Of a DNA stretch of 64,000 nucleotides, positions 60,135-64,000 are shown piece after piece. Each line of letters begins with the position of its first letter. The stretch's first letter is position 1. The translations under genes were made by a program, and so were the position numbers. The notes below the pieces were generated by a model that was not told where the DNA came from, ran no database searches, and worked only from the letters and a program-made list of their open reading frames with translations. The DNA comes from Lautropia sp. (lineage in GTDB: Bacteria; Pseudomonadota; Gammaproteobacteria; Burkholderiales; Burkholderiaceae_E): NCBI GenBank assembly GCA_030532425.1, contig JAUNLD010000005.1, positions 7,670 through 71,669 of the forward strand, written 5' to 3'.

Positions 60135-60388
60135 AACTGCGGGCCTCCGCCCTGCCCACTGCTGTGACCATGACCAATGCCCCTGCTGGCAGCAGGGCGC
60201 TGATGGGGCATCACGCCTGCCATGGCGACAGCAGGACCTTACACCCGTTTCAGATCTCGTCGGCCATGCGCGTCAAGTAAGTGCTTGCTATCAGTTTTGT
60301 CGGCACGCACCGTGTAATACCTGCTGCCTTTGCAGCGTCTAGGGTTCATAATCCCCGCTTTCGTCAGCCGAGCAAGCTTTCACCAGAC

Positions 60389-61168
60389 ATGAGTGCATTC
60401 CTCGACGCAGAAGTCCTCAGCGTTCACCATTGGACCGACCGTCTTTTCAGCTTCACCACCACCCGCGATCAGGCCTTGCGTTTCAAGAACGGTCACTTCA
60501 CGATGATCGGTCTGCCGGGCGAGGCGGGTCGCAAGCCGATCCTGCGTGCCTACAGCATCGCCAGCGCCAACTACGAGGAAACGCTGGAGTTTCTCAGCAT
60601 CAAGGTGCCTGATGGCCCGCTGACCTCCAGGTTGCAGCATATCAAGCCGGGCGACCGCATCATCGTCGGCCGCAAACCCACCGGCACCCTGGTCACCGAC
60701 TACCTGCTGCCTGGCAAGCGCCTGTGGCTGCTGGCCACCGGCACCGGTCTGGCGCCCTTTCTCAGTATCGCCCGCGACCCCGACACCTACGAGCGCTACG
60801 AGCAGGTGATCGTGGTGCATGGTGTGCGTGAAGTGGCCGAGCTGGCCTATTACGACCTGTTCACGAAGGAGCTGTTCGAGCACGAGTACCTGGGCGAGAT
60901 CGTCCGCGACAAGCTTCACTACTACCCCACCGTCACCCGCGAGCCCTTCCGCAACCAGGGCCGCATCACCACGCTCATCGAGAACGGCAAGCTCAATGCC
61001 GACCTGGGCATGCCGGCCTTCAACCGCGAAGAAGACCGGATCATGATCTGTGGCAGCCCCGACATGCTGCGTGACCTGAAGGCGATGTTCGAGCAGCGGG
61101 GTTTCAAGGAAGGCAATACCTCCATTCCCGGCGATTTCGTCATCGAACGCGCCTTTGCCGAGCAGTAA
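60389..61168 (+). CDS. fpr: Ferredoxin--NADP(+) reductase
   Basis: RAYSIAS, GPLTSRL, TGTGLAPF, MICGSP, C-terminal ERAFAEQ. Confidence 0.97.
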   Translation: MSAFLDAEVLSVHHWTDRLFSFTTTRDQALRFKNGHFTMIGLPGEAGRKPILRAYSIASANYEETLEFLSIKVPDGPLTSRLQHIKPGDRIIVGRKPTGTLVTDYLLPGKRLWLLATGTGLAPFLSIARDPDTYERYEQVIVVHGVREVAELAYYDLFTKELFEHEYLGEIVRDKLHYYPTVTREPFRNQGRITTLIENGKLNADLGMPAFNREEDRIMICGSPDMLRDLKAMFEQRGFKEGNTSIPGDFVIERAFAEQ

Positions 61169-61428
61169 CGGCGGTCAGGGTACTCCGTACTCCATCGACG
61201 CACCGGCCGGCTTCGCACGCCATGCCTCCCACGGCTGGACGGGGCTTGGCCGGTCGAAGCAGGGCCGGTCGCGCATGGCCGGCCATCCTGATGCGCCAGC
61301 TGTGGCAAAAATAAAACATCCCGGGCCCTGAGTGTCGCTCTGCTTGCCAGACCCAGCCGTAATCAACCCTGGAAAAAACCACACCCTTGTCATGGCGGAC
61401 TGCATGGGGATAAGGTTCGCCATGATTG

Positions 61429-61449
61429 GCAATGCGAATCATTGCTTAT
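61429..61449 (+). promoter_or_regulatory. Fur box upstream of the siderophore receptor
   Basis: GCAATGCGAATCATTGCTTAT: palindromic AATG-N-GAAT-CATT core upstream of an iron-uptake gene. Confidence 0.75.
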
Positions 61450-61637
61450 CTCGCCAGCGTCACGCTGACCAGCGGCGGCGCTGACTTCATCCAATCATGT
61501 GCCTGCCCCTGGTGGAGACCATCCGGTCGCGTTCCACCCGTTGCCGGTAGCCGTGGCCTGAAGCCCGTCTGTCCGGATGTCGTCTGCCGCCCTGGTCGCC
61601 AGCGCACCTCACATCACGCTACGGAAGGGAATCCCAC

Positions 61638-63938
61638 ATGGCTTACCGGACACGCCGCCTTGCACCGCGTCTTACCGTCCTTGCCGCTGCCCTCGCACCG
61701 CTGCTGGCCTCACCGGCCTGGGCGCAGCAGATTGTCGCGGGCGGGGCAGAAATCACCGAACTCCCCGAAATCGATGTGCTCGGCACGGCCGAGCAGGCCT
61801 GGAAGCAGGCCCCCGGTGTGTCCATCGTCAGCCAGCAGCAGCTGGAAAACGCCCCAGCCAGCGACATCGCCGAAGTGCTGCGCAAGCAGCCCGGCGTCAA
61901 CCTCACCGGCAATTCCACCAGCGGTCAGCGCGGCAACAACCGCCAGATCGATCTGCGGGGCATGGGCCCGGAAAACACCCTGATCCTAATCGACGGCAAA
62001 CCCGTCAACAGCCGCAAGGCCGTGCGCTACGGCTGGCGGGGCGAGCGCGACACCCGCGGCGACATGAACTGGGTGCCGGCCGAAGCCATCGAGCGCGTCG
62101 AGGTGCTGCGAGGCCCGGCGGCCGCCCGCTACGGCAACGGGGCAGCCGGTGGTGTCGTCAACATCATCACCAAGGGCGTTCCCGAACAGTTCGGTGGCAG
62201 TGCTTCGCTCTATCTCAGCCGCCCGCAGGATTCGGTCGACGGCGACTCGCGCCGGGCCAGCGCCAGCATTGCCGGCCCGATCGCAGACAACTTCGGCTAC
62301 CGCATCACTGCCAGCGCCTCGAAAACCGATGCCGATGCCTGGAACATCAACCAGGGGCATGCCTCCACCCGTACCGGCCCCTTCCGCAACACCTTCCCGG
62401 CCGGACGCGAGGGCGTGCGCAACCGCGACCTGAACGCCCGCCTCAGCTACAAGCCGGCGCCGGGACACACCCTCGATCTGGATCTGGCCTTTGCGCGCCA
62501 GGGCAACATCTACACTGGCGACACCCAGAATACCAACAACTACACCGTCAACGCGCAGGGCCAGCTGGTGCCCACCTCGCAGCGCGTGCAGGATGCGCTG
62601 GGCAGTGAAACCAACCGCATGTACCGCAGCAGCTACGGCCTGACCCACAAGGGCCGGTATGACGGTGGCGTCTCGTCGCTGGCCTACCTGCAATACGAGC
62701 GAACCCGCAACAGCCGTATCGACGAAGGTCTGGCCGGCGGCACCGAAGGTCTCTTTTCCAGCAACGCCTTCAGCACCGCCCGTCTTGACATCCTGACCGC
62801 GCACGGTGAAGCCAACCTGCCCGGCAGCTGGGGCGGGCTGGATCACGTGATGACGCTGGGCGCCGAATGGGTGACGCAGGATTTTGAAGACCCCAATTCC
62901 GTCACCCAGACCACCACCGAAGGCGGTGCGGTGCCCGGGATCGCCGACAGCGGCCGCAGCAGCGACATCTCGGCCCGCATTGTCTCGATCTTCATCGAGG
63001 ACAACATCGAGCTGGCGCGCGGCACGCTGCTGACGCCGGGGGTGCGTTTCGATCACCACGACAAGGCCGGGGCCAACTGGAGTCCGTCGATCAACCTCTC
63101 GCACGCGCTGGCCCAGGGGCTGACGCTGAAGGCGGGTGTTGCCCGCGCCTACAAGGCGCCCAACCTCTATCAGCTCAACCCCAACTACCTGTTGTACAGC
63201 CGCGGGATTGGCTGCTGGGGCGGTGGCGGTGCCTGCTACCTGCAGGGCAATGCCGACCTGAAGGCCGAAACCAGCATCAACAAGGAACTGGGCATCGAAT
63301 ACAGCAACGAGCAGATGCTGGCCGGCCTGACCCTGTTCCACAACGATTATCGCAACAAGATCGAGGCGGGCCACAGCATCACCGGCCGGGCCAGCGGCGG
63401 TACCGGGCGCACGGCCAATGCCGCCATCTTCCGCTGGGACAACGTCAGGAAAGCCGTGGTCTCGGGGGTGGAAGGGGCCTTCAACCTCAAGATCGGCCCG
63501 TCGATCCAGTGGGACAACAACCTCACCTACATGATCGACAGCGAAAACAGGGAAACCGGCGAACAGCTCTCGATCATCCCGGAGTACACCCTCAATTCGC
63601 GCCTGGGCTGGCAGGCCAGCAACGCACTGGAAGTCTTCGGCACCGTCACCTGGTACGGTCGCCAGAAGGCCAACAAGTTCGACTTCCAGGGGCTGCCGCT
63701 GACGGGTGAAGAAGCACAGGGCCTGTCGCCCTACGCCCTGCTGGGCATCGGTGCGCGCTATGCCGTCAACAAGCACCTCAGCGTGGGGGCCGGCGTCGAC
63801 AATCTGCTCGACAAGCGTCTCTACCGCCGGGGCAACGCCGTCGGGGTGAACAACCCGCGCACCATCTACGGGGCGGGGGCTGCCACCTACAACGAACCGG
63901 GGCGCGCGTTCTACCTGACCGTCAGCGGGCGCTTCTGA
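61638..63938 (+). CDS. fepA: TonB-dependent ferric catecholate (enterobactin-type) receptor, FepA/PfeA family
   Basis: SGQRGNNRQIDLRGMGPENTLILIDG, VRYGWRGERDTRGD, PAGREGV, AGAATYNEPGR, terminal F. Confidence 0.93.
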   Translation: MAYRTRRLAPRLTVLAAALAPLLASPAWAQQIVAGGAEITELPEIDVLGTAEQAWKQAPGVSIVSQQQLENAPASDIAEVLRKQPGVNLTGNSTSGQRGNNRQIDLRGMGPENTLILIDGKPVNSRKAVRYGWRGERDTRGDMNWVPAEAIERVEVLRGPAAARYGNGAAGGVVNIITKGVPEQFGGSASLYLSRPQDSVDGDSRRASASIAGPIADNFGYRITASASKTDADAWNINQGHASTRTGPFRNTFPAGREGVRNRDLNARLSYKPAPGHTLDLDLAFARQGNIYTGDTQNTNNYTVNAQGQLVPTSQRVQDALGSETNRMYRSSYGLTHKGRYDGGVSSLAYLQYERTRNSRIDEGLAGGTEGLFSSNAFSTARLDILTAHGEANLPGSWGGLDHVMTLGAEWVTQDFEDPNSVTQTTTEGGAVPGIADSGRSSDISARIVSIFIEDNIELARGTLLTPGVRFDHHDKAGANWSPSINLSHALAQGLTLKAGVARAYKAPNLYQLNPNYLLYSRGIGCWGGGGACYLQGNADLKAETSINKELGIEYSNEQMLAGLTLFHNDYRNKIEAGHSITGRASGGTGRTANAAIFRWDNVRKAVVSGVEGAFNLKIGPSIQWDNNLTYMIDSENRETGEQLSIIPEYTLNSRLGWQASNALEVFGTVTWYGRQKANKFDFQGLPLTGEEAQGLSPYALLGIGARYAVNKHLSVGAGVDNLLDKRLYRRGNAVGVNNPRTIYGAGAATYNEPGRAFYLTVSGRF

Positions 63939-63944
63939 TACAGA

Positions 63945-63990
63945 AAAGCCTCCCGAAGGAGGCTTTCTGGGTACCGCCCTTCGGGGCGGT
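63945..63990 (+). terminator. Terminator hairpin plus a second UUCG hairpin after fepA
   Basis: AAAGCCTCC-CGAA-GGAGGCTTT, then ACCGCCC-TTCG-GGGCGGT. Confidence 0.75.
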
Positions 63991-64000
63991 GAGCCGGGTG

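Noticed and set aside
1-64000. Mobile elements, prophage, defence systems, tRNA or rRNA genes
   Set aside because: No transposase, integrase, phage, restriction or toxin-antitoxin motifs, no cloverleaf or rRNA signatures and no low-GC island were seen by eye.

Overview
A high-GC bacterial chromosomal segment, inferred from gene content and order to be Betaproteobacteria/Burkholderiales, possibly a Lautropia-like oral species. It carries about 45 mostly housekeeping genes: pckG, metC, a UDP-GlcA decarboxylase/ugd pair, a USP, REC-GGDEF-EAL, GntR, argS-SPOR-dsbA-SDR-rlpA, rsmI/lppC-yraN-BON, dacA-dat-ybeD-lipB-lipA, VanZ/birA, a ZIP transporter, phasin, rhlE, tenA, an MscS/MscK-like channel, ahpC-ahpF, PepSY plus a two-component system, leuA with a leader-peptide attenuator, glpT-glpD, tamA-tamB, fpr and a FepA-like receptor. 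I saw no rRNA, tRNA, CRISPR, IS, integrase or phage genes. The least-explained signals are: (1) a ~1470-aa membrane protein made of two homologous halves joined by what looks like a second, internal cleavable signal peptide, next to a small lipoprotein gene; (2) a recurring 12-bp palindromic motif resembling SlmA nucleoid-occlusion sites, found both between and inside genes; (3) two tandem uncharacterised paralogues upstream of dacA; (4) a structured RNA at the start of a ~500-nt rhlE leader; (5) several apparently leaderless genes. All calls were made by eye without database searches, so novelty is unverified, and many start codons were trimmed from the supplied ORF track and are approximate.
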